Translations under genes and position numbers: made by a program | Assembly (NCBI GenBank): GCA_951406725.2 | Contig: OX597835.1 | Location: 13,888,001-13,952,000, forward strand | Length of the DNA stretch: 64,000 nt | From: Octopus vulgaris | Lineage: Eukaryota | Reading direction: 5' to 3' | The notes under the pieces: model-generated | What the model saw: only the letters and a program-made list of their open reading frames with translations | Databases searched by the model: none | What the model was told of the DNA's origin: nothing | Shown here: positions 1 to 15,104 of the stretch, piece after piece | How the letters are laid out: each line of letters opens with the position of its first letter | Numbering within the stretch: the stretch's first letter is position 1

Positions 1-439
1 ATAAATGCTTCATAAACATTCAACTAATGCACCATCAATAAAGAGATTTGTGCTCGATCACTAAAGAGATTTATGTATAATACTCACCTATGTCATTCGC
101 TCACTTAAGCCTCCTTCTCTCTCCCCCACCTCTCTCTCTCTAACTGTGTGGGCTTATCTGAAGATGGTTTCAACATACATTCCCCTATACAGCAACTGTT
201 TCCGTCTACCACATCCACTTAGAAGATTTTGGTCAGCCCGAGGGTATAGAAGACATTTACCCAAGGTGCCACACAGCGGAACTGAACCCGGAATCATGTG
301 GTTGGGAAGCAAGTTTCTTGTCACACAACCACTCCTATGCATGCATGCATGCATGTATGTATGTATGTATGTATGTATGTATGTATGTATGTATGTATGT
401 ATGCATGCATGCATGTATGTATGTATGTATGCATGTATG

Positions 440-473
<34 letters not shown>

Positions 474-726
474 TGTACATACGTATATATGTATGTATGT
501 ATAGGTGTTGCTGAATCCCATAAATATCATGAGGTTAGTGTTTTAATGGATTTCCGAGTTAAATTTTGACTCTCATTTCTAGCAATCACCAATGCTATTT
601 TGTACCCTCATTTATTTATTCTGTTTTTTGGTTCTTAAATGCTAATGAGCCACCTATATTATAATGTCATTAATATATTTTAATATATTAACATATCATT
701 ATAATATCTTATTGTATTGATGTATG

Positions 727-758
<32 letters not shown>

Positions 759-1024
759 GAGGTGGAGAGATCCATGAAATTGGCCGGCAAGGAAATTCCC
801 ATGTGTGTATTAAATTCTAGAAGCTACCATTAAGGGAGATAACCACACCAGAATAATATAATTGAAAGTCTGGAAAATACACATTTTGGGGATTTTTTTT
901 TTTATTAGAATGTTAATAATTCAGGTGAATCATTGGTTCCTTGAGGTTATCTCCCTTCCTCATTTACAGTCGTTTGCAATTGGTGGTGGATGCTAATTCA
1001 TCTTCTCTCCAAGCAAATATGTAT

Positions 1025-1083
<59 letters not shown>

Positions 1084-1085
<2 letters not shown>

Positions 1086-1274
1086 CGAGCTGGCAGAAAC
1101 GTTAGCACGCCGGGTGAAATGCGTAGCCGTATTTCGTCTGCCGTTACGTTCTGAGTTCAAATTCCACCGAGTTCGACTTTGCCTTTCATCCTTTCGGGGG
1201 CGATATAATCGACTTAATCTGTTTGTCTGTCCTTCTTTATCCCCTCTGTGTTTAGCCCCTTGTGGGTAGTAAAG

Positions 1275-1277
<3 letters not shown>
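1084..1277 (+). mobile_element. SINE family 2 (also at about 5568-5760, 6116-6325, 32460-32640 -)
   Basis: GGCGAGCTGGCAGAA...GAGTTCAAATTCC (B box)...GCCTTTCATCCTTTCGGGG recurs several times in the window. Confidence 0.8.
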
Positions 1278-1342
<65 letters not shown>

Positions 1343-1399
1343 GTATATATCTGCATGTATCCCACTTGGACACATGCAGATAAAAAAACCTGTCTGAAA

Positions 1400-1885
1400 T
1401 TCTTTAATATTGCAGTCCTACAAAAGAAGGCATCAACCATCGGTTACATCAACATTGGGGAGACAAATGTAACAGTGGCCCTGGATGAAATGAGCTCAAG
1501 CTCTGCAACTGGCCCCAATGGCTTCCCAGCAATTGTCCTCAAGTCATGTAAGCAGGTTTTAGTGAAACCACCTCAGGTACTTTTTCACAGTTTCCTTGCA
1601 AGTGGTAAACTTCCTTAAGAGCTAAATGAAAGCATTATATGCCCTCTCCACAGAGATGGAAGCAGAGCAGAGGCCAAGAACTACAGACCGATTTCTCCGA
1701 CTTCACAGATCAGCAAAGTTATGGAACGAACCATCAGAAAGAAGCTGATGATATTCTTAGAAGCTGATAATACTCCTACTGAACAATACATGGCCTGGCC
1801 TTCATCCAGGAAGAAGCTGCTTCACATAGCTCCTACAGCACTATGACTGGGTTTCGAAACATTTGCTTGGACCATTCAGATGTCA
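1400..1885 (+). mobile_element. CR1/L2-group LINE reverse transcriptase fragment, degenerate
   Basis: V.VAL..M....ATGPNGFPA..LK.C...L..P...LF...L..GKLP and NYRPIS.TS.ISKVME motifs, interrupted by stops. Confidence 0.8.
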
Positions 1886-2890
1886 GTACGATATATCTTG
1901 ATCCTCTAAAAGTTCTACCAATCCAGTGTCCTTGATCTGCATTTTCATTATCGATCCCAAACGAGATGTAAATTTGTTGTTGGCAAACACAGTTTGCAGA
2001 GAGTCAGAATGAATATCACAAAGCAGTCTGTCCGACTCTCGTACAACTCTGAGAATTTGTAGCATAGTACATAGGTGTCGTAAGTTAATGAACCAATATT
2101 CAGATGCTGAAGTTGGTCTTATGTTGTCCGCTACAAGAATTCCATGTCTTTTAGAGTGAGAAATTTTAAATGAAAAGAAAACAAATGTGAAGGTTACGAA
2201 CGTATATACTTGTTTCTTTAGATCAGAGGATTGACCAACAGTTAATTAGTGTATCCTGATTAATATAGCCATAGCCATAAGTGACACAAGAATCATTCTC
2301 TGCTTCAAATAACAATATAGAAGCAATAAATTAACAACAAAAAAGAAAAAAACAAAACAAAAATACCACATTAACTAAGCAACTAGAAGCAATGTGCAAC
2401 AGGCCAAAAAAAAAATACCAATATAATTTAGACAAAATAAAACATAATAAAAATTGTAAAATTCTTTTAAATTTCAAAACTGGAGTCTAATTCACTGAAC
2501 AGCCTACTGCAGTCAGAGATTTCTGGAATAGTTTACATATTCAACTCTCATTTTTTTAAATTCATTTTTTTCCTGTTTTTATCTTCTTTTTCTTTATTCT
2601 ACTCTATCAAATTTTTTTTGGAAAAATATTTCGATGTTAAATGTTCCGTTTACATTTTTTTTTTTTACCATTTTGTTTTTACGTTTTTTTTTTTTTATTT
2701 TCCATTCTTTCTTTCAACCAATCACTTCACCACTCTTGGACATCATCCTCTTCCTCATTATCATCAGTTGGCTTAAAATTGTTTGTTAATAATATTCTTT
2801 TTTTTTTAGTATGTTTTTTTTTTTTTTTTTTTTTTCCACGGCTTGCAATAGCAAGATAAAATTGTTTGAAATCAGTAAATTTTAAGCTTG

Positions 2891-2955
2891 TCAGAGGAAA
2901 AAGCCTTTGAGAAGAAAAACCACCATACTCAAAACAATGGAACCGGTGAGGATAC
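2891..2955 (-). CDS. cusr: CSRP terminal coding exon: GPI-signal-like hydrophobic tail
   Basis: tttcttcttcggcag acceptor. Encodes GILTGSIVLSMVVFLLKGFFL-TGA, preceded by small residues NSSG (candidate omega site). Confidence 0.75.
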
Positions 2956-3088
2956 CTGCCGAAGAAGAAATAATTCACTTTTAATTTCAGGGTAAGATAA
3001 AGAGCTTGATACACACACACATATACACACACACACATACACACACACATGTACATACACATACACACACATACACACACACAAATGT

Positions 3089-3123
<35 letters not shown>

Positions 3124-5780
3124 TACACACACACACACATGTACATACACATACACATACACACACACATACACACACACATGTATATACACATACACAC
3201 ACACACATACACACACACATACACATACACACACATGCACACACACACATACACATACACACACACACATGCATACACACACACATATACATACATATAT
3301 AATCACACTCATATACGATTGTGATATTATTTTATAACTGATCTGGATCTGTGAAGTCATGTGACCTCATGGTTAGGGTGTTACACCCATGATGGTGAGA
3401 TTGTGGTTTCAATTCCTGGTCTGGGTGATGCATTGTGTTCTTGGGCAAAACACCGCATTTCACTGATCATTTCTCTGATCATTTCAACACCTGATGTGTG
3501 GCATACGGTACACCTGTACAGGTAATGTCGATTTGATGGAAGGAGTGAGCTTAATGTGTACGCAAACATTTGATCACTGTAAACAAATCATCTGTGTGGT
3601 TGTTCTGTGATAGGAGAGTCCTCCTCCACCACCGTCATCATCATCATCATAACCGAACTCGGACATCATTACTGCAAACTGCAAGCCTTTACATGGTTTT
3701 CCTCGGAACATTCAATACGCATTCATGTTTCTGAACACACACACAAACACACACACACACACACAGTAACACATACAATGTAACAAGGCTGGTCCTTTGA
3801 ATTTCCAAGTGCAGCTCATTCATGCCAGCTGAGTGTACTGGAGCAATGAGAAATAAAGTGTCTTGCTCAAGGACACAATGCGTTGTCAGGAATTGAACTC
3901 AGGACCTTACAATTGTGAGCCAAATGCCCTAACCGCTAAACTATGTGCCTTCACAAGGAAGAACGGGAGATAGCTTAGTTGTCCATAGATAACTTTTAAA
4001 AGATGGGATGGTCATGGCTGGAGTGACATTAAGCTAGAGCAAAGCATCAACAACAATAATGGTTAACTGAAATAAATGATAATTACCAGAACTATTACAA
4101 AAATCTGGATAGTAAGGATTCAGTTCAGGATTTTTTTTATTTAAAGCTTCCAGGTACTTTGCCTTCCAAAACAGCGGATTGTATTCTCTGTCTCCTGAAA
4201 ATGTAAATTCAGTTTAATGATTAATAAATTACGGAGGTGTACTTGCATAGCAAGTGATTTGATCTGAGATCGTGTGCTGAAACGAAAACAATTGCAGCGT
4301 GGAAGGTGTTTATAAGCCATTTAAGAAACACACAAAAGCCGTTCGATTCACTTCAACATTTAACTCTTTTACTCTTTTACATGTTTCAGTCATTTGACTG
4401 AGGCCATGCTGGAGCACCGCCTTTAGTCGAGCAAATCGACCCCGGGACTTATTCTTTGTAAGCCCAGTACTTATTCAATCGGTCTCTTTTGCCGAACTGC
4501 TAAGTGACGGGGACATAAACACACCAGCATCGGTTGTCATGCAATGCTAGGGGGACAAACACAAACACGCATACACATACATACATATACATACATATAT
4601 ACGACAGGCTTCTTTCAGTTTCCGTCTACCAAATCCACTCACAAGGCTTTGGTCGGCCCAAGGCTATATAGCAGAAGACACTTGCCCAAGGTGCCACGCA
4701 GTGTGACTGAACCCGGAACCATGTGGTTGGTTAGTAAGCTACTTACCACACAGCCACTCCTGCACCTATTTAAGTTTAATTTGTCAAAATATTTTCGTTG
4801 CTTTAAGACCGCGACCTGTTCACTGACAAAAATCCGTGCTGCATCTGAGAAAGTAACAGTTAGTTTGTTATATATATGTACGTATGTATGTGTGTATGTA
4901 TGTATGCACGCATGTATGCATGCATGCATGTATGTATATATGTACGTACGTACGCCTGTGTGTATGTATGTATGTGTGATGCATGCATACATGCGTGCAT
5001 ACATACATACACACATACATACGTACATATATATAACGAACTAACTGTTACTTTCTCAGATGCAGCACAGATTTTTATCAGTGAACAGGTCGCGGTCTTA
5101 AAGCGACGAAAATATTTTGACAAATTAAACTTAAATGTTGAAGTGGATCGAACGGTTTTTGTGTGTTTCTTAAATGGCGCTGCAATTGTATATATATATA
5201 TATAAACCTTATTCAGCACGGATTTTTGTCAGTGAACAGGTCGCGATCTTAAAGCGACGAAAATATTTTGACAAATTAAACTTAAATGTTGAAGTGGATT
5301 GAACGGTTTTTGTGTGTTTCTTAAATGGCTTATAAACACCTTCCACGCTGCAATTGTATATATATATATATAAACCTTATTCAGCACGGATTTTTATCAG
5401 TGAACAGGTCGCGATCTTAAAGCGACGAAAATATTTTGACAAACTAAACTTAAATGTTGAAGTGGATCGAACGGTTTTTGTGTGTTTCTTAAATGGCTTA
5501 TAAACACCTTCCCTGCTGCATTTGATTAATAAATTATTTTTGATAATTATTGCAGCTTGTAAGGTGGAAAGCTGGAAGAATCCTTGGCAAGCCAAGTGAA
5601 ATGCTTAGCAGTAATTTGTCAGTCTTTACATTCTGAGTTCAGATTCTGCCTAGCTTGACTTTGCTTGTTATCCTTTCAGGGGTCGATAAAATATGTAACA
5701 TTTGATCTTTGGTGGGTTGATGTAATTGACTTAATCCCCTCCCCTTGTGCCAAAATTTGAAACCATCATCATCATCATCA

Positions 5781-5865
<85 letters not shown>

Positions 5866-6325
5866 TACTATTATTATTATTATTATTATTATTATCCCCT
5901 GGCACCTGTGCCGGTGGCACGTAAAAAGCACTCACTACACTCACAGAGTGGTTGGCATTAGGAAGGGCATCCAGCTGTAGAAACACTGCCAGATCAGACT
6001 GGAGCCTGGTGCAGCCTCCTGGCTTCCCAGACCCCAGTCGAACTGTCCAACCTGTGCTAGCACAGAAAACGGACGTTAAACAATGATTATTATTATTATT
6101 ATTATTATTATTGTAGGTGGTGAACTGGCAGAATCATTAGCATGCTGGGCAAAATGCTTAGTGGTATTTCATCTGCCACTATGCTCTGAGTTCAAATTCT
6201 GCCAGGGTTGATTTTGCCTTTCATCCTTTGGGGGTTGATTAAATAAGTCAATATAATCTGGGGGTCGATGTAATCAACTTAATCTCTTCCCCCAAATTTG
6301 AGCCCTTGTGCTTCCAGTAGGCTGG

Positions 6326-6362
<37 letters not shown>

Positions 6363-9300
6363 TATGTTTGACTTTTGCTTTACATTTGTAGAAGTTGGCT
6401 CCAAGTCTCACCCAGAGATCTCAGGAGGCAACAGGCTGCAAGTTCGTATTGTTGTTATGCCTAGGGTGCCAGAATAAGTACTAGGCTTACACAGAATAAG
6501 CTCTGGAGTCGATTTGCTCGACTAAAGGCGGTGCTCCAGCACGGCCACAGTCAATTGACTGAAACAAGTAAAAGAAAAAAAAAGAATGAAAATTGAGCTT
6601 AACCTTTTCAAACTGCAAGTGTGCTATATATTCCTGGAAGACACAAAAAATGGTGACTGAATGCTTTTGTGTTTATGACTGAAAATAATTATGCTTCTAC
6701 TAATTAGTGAACTATAAATAGAAAACCATGTGACTGCCTGCTTTTGCGTCTCTCAGGAGTATAGTCAAAGAGTGTAGGCTCAACATGTTCTGAGCTGAAG
6801 TGAAAAGCATTGTTGTATTTCTGTCTTTTACCTTCAGTGTTTATTAGAAGAACTCAAAGCTAAAACTTACCCAGGAAGTACAGTTTTAATGTCCGGCAGT
6901 CATTCTGGAGATTCATAGGTTCGACTGATAAATGCCAGGCTTCCGTTCTTAAAGCTTTTGCTACGGTGTTAATTAACTCCACTCTGGGAAAGAAAAAGTC
7001 ATTCATTAAGGATGTATATTTGAAATACGAGTTGAAATTTCATTGATATTGATTGAGATGCACAAGGGGCATATTATAAATTATAAATTTATAGTTATTG
7101 AAATACACACAAACACACACATAGTTTGTTTCCTTTCCCCCTCCCCACAATCTTACCAAACACCAGCCCCACCTACGTTGCCCACACCAATGTTCTCCCT
7201 TAGTCGTGTGCTTGTGTTGACACATACATTTTTTTTTTTTATAATTGGCACACAAAGGGGAAAAATGCGCTTGCATGAAATTTTCAAATTAGAATAAAAT
7301 TTTGTTAATTGAAGAAATTAATCAAATAACTGCTAAATAAATTAGCCCTTTCATTACTGTATTTATTTTGAGATGCTCTGTGTTTCTTTCAATTATTTTA
7401 AATATAATAAGGAATTTAGTAAAATAACTTAGTTATCATTAAGCTAGTGTTAGGAACATAAATTGTGACTAAGGTTTGGTGGAAGATTTTAATGAAAAAC
7501 CTATGTAAACAAGACATTAATACTACAGAGCCAGAGCCGGTTTTGGCTGGGTTGGTAATGAAAGGGTTAATCTTCACACTTAAGAATGGTGTACATTTTC
7601 TTAGGGAGCCAATATCGATATGGCATTTGAGCAAAGATTACCTGCATGGATCTGCTCACACTTGGCAAAGGGAAAATTTGCACACAAGTAAATTTCTACA
7701 AGGACCAACAGCAAGAAATCAGAGAGAACATTGGTCCACAGCAATTCTAGTTGTAGTTGGAATCGTTTATATTACAATCAATTGGCCAAATTCTTTTCTT
7801 ATATGAATTTGAACTAAAGTGTCAATCAAACCAACAATTTCAACTGCTTTGCATTGATTGAAAACTCACCAATCAACGTAACTCCACAATAACCATCTTG
7901 GTGAGCCTAGTAACATCCAATAAAAGACCCCATTTAGTGGGATTTTGCTTGGAAAGAATTGCTAGCTGTGTGTGTGTGTGTGGTTGTTTTAAGAACTGGT
8001 TTTATCAACATGCACACTCACTTTCATACTTCTTTGCTTCCATACAACAACCAGTCTAAAGAACATTAACAAATCTCTGTTTCTTAGCTAATCTACTCTT
8101 CAACAAAACTTCTATTTCAGAAACAATTTAGATTAGAAATTTTGTTAACGCATTGCTGCTTACATATATTGACTTTTGACTTCATTGTTCCATACCACTA
8201 CTCACAGTAATTATACCTAATATGAATAATTACATAATAACAAAGATCATATGTGTGAACTAATATAATTCACTGCTTAAATAGACACATGAAACTTGAT
8301 TGCATTTTTATTATATTGCTTACATACACAAGAAATGAAGCTCTTTGTTAGAAAAGAGCATTTCATTAACTATTTCTGTAAAACCGGTCAGACTGACACG
8401 TATCGATATAATGTACTTTTGAATGAATAAAAATGTTGTTTTACACACAGTCACCTCTCATCAACTTTTTCTTCAGAAATATCCTCCACACAACAACTTA
8501 TTTTATTTCTTTTTGTTTAACCCTTCCGTTACTGTATTTATTTTGAGATGCTTTGTTTCTTTCAATTACTCTAAATATAACAAAGAATTTAGTAAAATAA
8601 CTTAGTTATCCTTAAGCTAGTGTTAGGAACATAAATTGTGACTAAGGTTTGGTAGAAGATTTTAATCCAAAACTTATGGAAACAAGACATTTGTACTCAG
8701 AGCCAGAGCCGGTTTCAACCAGGTTGATAATGAAAGGGTTAACAGAGAAGCCAGCCTCAGGTTATGTCAGACTGATGATTTCTAACAAGAATGAAATGGT
8801 GCTACACATGATTGTCTATGACTAGAAATCTTTGTAATGTATATGAAGAGATTAAATGTGTACATTCTATGGTGTTCTTAAAGAGTATATTGGTGATAGC
8901 ATGAACAAAGTGTCTAATGAAGAAATGATGACCTGAGCTGCAGTGAATAGGAAACTGCTTTATGAGATAAGGGCCAAAGCAACTGAGATTTCTTGGTCAT
9001 GTGATGAGGAAAGAGGATCCAGGGAGAGTTTAGTGAAAGATAAAAAAAAAAAAAGAAGCAGAGGTAGAAGAAAGATGATCTGGATGTGAAGTTTGAGGAA
9101 ATGGTTGGAAGAAAGAGACATTAAACATCCGGAAGTGGGAACTGTTCTAGAAAACGAAGAACAGAGAACTGTAGCAGGACATGATCGCTAATGTCCTACA
9201 CTCTGGACATGGCACCTAATCTTTATATATAAAAGTGAGGTTGTGTGCTGTCTGTCTCCTACGATTTAGATTCCTAACTACTCCCACATTTTGCGGTGCC

Positions 9301-10851
9301 GTTTAACCAAAACCGGGTATCTTATAGTCGTGATTCATATCGAGCCCTTCTGGGTATTAGCGTCCATCTACGATGAGTCTACGATTTTAAAAAAGATTTA
9401 CCATCAATATTTCCCATTTTTAATGCATTTTTGGCATATATAAGGGAAGTAACTCTAAAAATTTATTATTAAATCTCAGAACGTAAAAAGCTACAGTAAC
9501 ACCCCCCTTTGTGGTTAGCCATATTGAGATGGCTATTATACTTTACATCTCTAAAAATGCTTATATAGTTATTTCCCTTACAAACCCGAGCAACGCCGGG
9601 CGATACTGCTAGTATTCTATACATATTATTCCTTTGTCTTTGATTTAATATTCAAGCTTTTAATCTTGCCAAGATTTACCTAGAAATCATTATCTCCCTT
9701 ACGATAACTGGCCACCAGGGTGCACCACATAACGGATAGAAAGCATTTCTTTTTCCTTTCGATTTAGGTTAAACTATACATAAACTCTTCACTGCTGACA
9801 TAGTTCTGGTTATTAAGCTAACATTTTCATAACTTACAAAAATAAACAAAGATAAAAGGTGATATAGTTGTATAATTACTTGTCAAATGGCTTATTTTTC
9901 CTGTATGATATTTCAACGAAGGGTTGCTTCAGAGGGTAGATATCTGCACATGACATAATTTTTTCTCCCTGATTTTCTGAGAAGAACACGAAGGATCGGC
10001 CATAAACTGGAAAAACACAAACAAAGCAAAACAGATTACAATTAAAAGGGATTCATGAAACAACATTCTTTTGTTGATTAGAAGATAAACAGTTTATATA
10101 GAATGGTTGTATACTGTCAATCTAACAAGAACGTGACAGTAGGGGGTACACCATTGCTGTATAGCCCTAGGAAGCATCGAACGCCTCCTGATAGCTTTGA
10201 CACATTTTTTCTGTGTCCTTATATACATATACGTATATGTATATAAGGACACAGGGAAAAAAAAATGTGTCAAAGCTATCAGGAGGCGTTCGATGCTTCC
10301 TAGGGGTATACAGCGGTGGTGTACTCCCTACTATCACGTTCTTGTTAGATTGACAGTATACAACCATTCTATTGCCCCACCACCGTACATGTCTCTACAA
10401 GAGATTTAGAAATTCAATATTTCTTAGTTTATATAGTACAACATCAAAACCACTGTATAATGGACACATCAGCCTTTTAAACACACACACACACACACAC
10501 ACACATGCACTGTTGTTGGTTTTGTTATTGTTTAGCTTCATGTTGGCCCTGATTGAACAGACTTATGATCAATGGCATTCCGGTTATCGCTCTCACATCT
10601 ATATTTCAAGTACTTTTGTTAACATTATCCAATCGTGTTTTTCTTAAGATAGTAGGGTGTAATTTGAGTGAAATTTGGCTCGTATTTCTATCACGTCTAT
10701 CAAACCACTCAGGGACGTACACCTAGATTCGTGTATATTCTTTTGGTCATACACTGATCGTGCTAAAATATGTGTTATTTTTTTTTTTAAATAATAATAA
10801 TAATATTAATAATAATAAATATAATAATAATAATAATATTAATAATAATAA

Positions 10852-10916
<65 letters not shown>

Positions 10917-11471
10917 GCTCTGATGCAGTACCAGGCAATGGCTCTCATGGCTTCTGATCTCAACTGATTGGAAGTGTTATCATGTACATTGTTTTTGTCT
11001 TGGTATAAAAGATGGGCTACAGCAAATATTCTGCTCAATACCACAGATTTGCTTGTCAGTTGTTTGACCATAACCAGTTGAGCATGTCCCTTGGTGGCTG
11101 ACAATATGTGCATCTCTGATCATGAGCAGAAGTAATGGGAGAGCATCATAGCCGTGTGTTGAAAGGAATTCTCTGGGGTTTGAATAATTCACCTCTGGAA
11201 ATATGGGTGTTTCGTTCAACATCCTTAAACAACCCTTATTCAGGAATCTTTTGAGTGGGATGGGCTACTTGACCAGAAGAACATTCTAACTGGGCTCCAC
11301 CTGTAAGGTCATGCGCTGTTTATCTTGATATAAGATCACCATGTCGCACACATATGGCTTTGATGCATGTGCCTAGTGTACCCTTATCAGACGGGTAGTC
11401 ATGATGGGTATACTGGGCTTCGTATATTTTACCCTAATGTCACTTTGATGGCATGAACCGCTCCCTCACTC

Positions 11472-11561
<90 letters not shown>

Positions 11562-11844
11562 AAGAAGAAGAAGAAGAAGAAGAAGAAGAAGAAGAAGAAG
11601 AAGAAGAAGAAGAAGAAGAAGAAGAAGAAGAAGAAGAAGAAGAAGAAGAAGAAGAAGAAGAAGAAGAAGAAGAAGAAGAAGAAGAAGAAGAAGAAGAAGA
11701 AGAAGAAGAAGAAGAAGAAGAAGAAGAAGAAGAAGAAGAAGAAGAAGAAGAAGAAGAAGAAGAAGAAGAAGAAGAAGAAGAAGAAGAAGAAGAAGAAGAA
11801 GAAAGAAGAAGAAGAAGAAGAAGAAGAAGAAGAAGAAGAAGAAG

Positions 11845-11884
<40 letters not shown>

Positions 11885-13429
11885 GTAGTTTCTACTTTAG
11901 GTAGGTCATAAATTTGGGAGAGCAGGTTAGTTAATTGCAATCAGCTCCATTACCTGATACAGAAATCAATACAGCAGGATATCAATTTTTTTTTTTTTTC
12001 TTTATTCTTAAACGAGACAAACTGACTTAAAAGGAATTTGCTTGGATACTTGCCTGACCATTCTCCAAAAAGTGGTAGATTCCTATCAACGTAGAGGAAA
12101 CCATTTTCTCCCAGATTGTAAGTGTCGTGTTTAGCCGATAAATCACCAACAGCACATCGTTCTTGATTGCTAACATCACATTCACCATAACCATTCTAAA
12201 AGAGAAAGAAATCAACAGGTTATCTATGCTTCATCAGTTCCAGTAAGTCCCCAAAGTCATCAAATGCCATCTACATTCTGCAGCTTGACCATCACTCGTG
12301 AGTGGAAGTTGCTAGCTTGACCCACACTTTCGTCAATTATTTTAAGACTAGCACTATGACCCGGCAACGCTGGATCAAAATTCCACCAGGACACCCGATG
12401 AAGGCTGGAGAGTAAATCAGCCAAAATGATGTGGCAACAACAAACAAGATGAGGACAGATATCTGTCCAGTGTAAATAATGTTCAATAGAATTGCTTTCA
12501 TACTTTCACTCCATGAATTTCCAAAGCTTGGTTCAGTTAAGACTAATAGAGAGTGGGTCCCGTAATTTAGATAGAAGCTAACTGACCTTTCTATGTTCAT
12601 ATTTCTCCTGATGGACCTTTAACCCATCCAGTCACCCTTCACATTTTCAAATTAAATCAAGGTCCCACAAAACATCATTAAAAATACATCGAAAATTGTG
12701 GGATAGCCCTCAACTCTTCTGTAATCTCATCATGGAAACAAAGGTAACCTGAAGCATTTGCTATCTAAATACAACAAAATATAAAAGATATGTCCTTGCA
12801 TATAAGCTTGTCCCTTGCATCCCTTTCTAGTTGAGCATTCCTAATCTTGTGGGATCATGGGTGCTATGTAAAAAAGCACCCATACCAGTGTGCCATGTAA
12901 ATGCAACCATGCCAGAACAGCTTAAAAGCACCCAGTACGCTCTGTAAAGTGGTTGGCATTAGGAAGGGCACCCAGCTGTAGAAATTACAGACAAGTAGCC
13001 CCACTACTCGTCAAACCACCCAACCCATACCAGCATGGAAAATGGACACTAAATGATGATGGTGATGATGATGATGATGATGATGATTAACTTAACACTT
13101 TCTTACGTTGGTATTGACATCAAATGGGTTATACAGTTTTCCGATGCGACTACATGACCTCTGTACAGCTTCTGCAGTATTTGCCCTCCATTCGTCCTCC
13201 ATCTGATGACCATGCTTGTTGTCATAAGCTTCGGTGTCATTGCGTTCGAACTGCTGTTCCCGTGTTGGATTGGAATAGATCCTCCATTTGTGATTTTTGG
13301 TCTAGAAAGAATTTTTATGAATTCGTAAAGAACATTTCAATGGAATCAGTGGAACACACTTCATTTGAGACATTCATTTGGCAATAAATAAATAAAGAAA
13401 TCTCAACGAATAAATCAGTAAATAAATAT

Positions 13430-13464
<35 letters not shown>

Positions 13465-13566
13465 GAAGGGAGGAAGGAAGGAAGGATGAAGAAAAGAAAT
13501 ACTGCTAAGCATTTCGCCCGGCGTGCTAACATTTCTGCCAGCTCGCCGCCTTGTATAATAATAATA

Positions 13567-13623
<57 letters not shown>

Positions 13624-14341
13624 TATTGAACTAGCTTACAAAACAACCACAATTGGACTGGCCAAATATCTCGAAATATCGAATGACTGGATGCTAAAGC
13701 TCGTGGAAAATCACGAGAGACGAAAGAAGCTTCATTCTATCATAAAGGAAAGCAAAAAATTTGCTATTGATCTCGTGCAGGATACCCAAACTGAACAACC
13801 CGAGGGAAGTACGGCAACTATTGTTGCAAAGAAGGTGAAAATGATGGCAATGAAGAAAGCGCACGAGCAATTGGCTGATAGGTGGGAGGAGAAACCTCTG
13901 CACGGCAAATATGTGACCCACAGCAAACAAGCTGATGTTGACCAGAAGCAAACCCATCAGTGGCTACGGAGCTCAGGGATAAGAGCAGAGAGCGAAGGTT
14001 TCATCTCAAGGCGGTTACAATACCAGTGATCGTAGGAGCACTAGGAATGATCAAGAAGGGAACCGAAAATTATATGAGAATGATCCCTGGCTTACCATCC
14101 CTGCAAGAAGTGCAAAAGATTGTCTTAACTGGTACATCACACATATTGAGAAGAGCATTGTCGATGTGAGAACTGTAGCTGCTCATGTATTTTAATTTAA
14201 CTTAAAAAAAAAAAAAAAAATGAACGAACTACTGAGTTTGGTTTAATGGCCTACCAATGTATGCTATGAGTTTCTTTGCCCTAGGAGTCGGGAAGACACT
14301 CGGCAAGAAATGGAAGCAAATTTGAAAGAAGAAAAAAAAAA

Positions 14342-14375
<34 letters not shown>

Positions 14376-14419
14376 TAATAATATTAAGGATAATGATGAT
14401 AATAATGATAATAATAATG

Positions 14420-14472
<53 letters not shown>

Positions 14473-15059
14473 GGCAGATGACAACGTGTCTCTAAAAGAA
14501 ATGGAGAAACTCTCAAAATACAAAGACCTGGAAATAGAGGTAACTAGAATGTGGAATCTGAAAACAGAAACAATTCCTATCATAGTAGGTGCATTAGGCA
14601 TGATAAAAAAATATTCAGACAAATGCATAACAAAAACAGCAGGACTTACAAACACATATAACATACAGAAAATTGCACTACTAGGCACTGCACACATCCT
14701 ACGCAGAACACTTTCCATACAATAACCATCAGAGCATCACAACAAATCACAGCACATACCCAAGGCACACAGAGCTGCGCTCGGTAGTGAAGTGAAAGCA
14801 CGCTATAAAAATAAAACTACTGAATAATAATAATAATACAAGTACATGGAACAAATAGGGGTGGCAATAAGGGTGGACCATCATCTTGAGAAGTATGTGG
14901 AACAAATAGGGGCTGCAATAAGGGTGAAGCACTTGCAGAAAACAGCACTGTTTGGAACCGCTCGAATATTCCGGAAGGTGCTCGAAAAATAAGAGGTGTT
15001 ACTTGTAGCGAACAGCTGACACTGTAGTACATCTCCAGCATTAGAAGCTGTGCAAAGGC

Positions 15060-15104
<45 letters not shown>

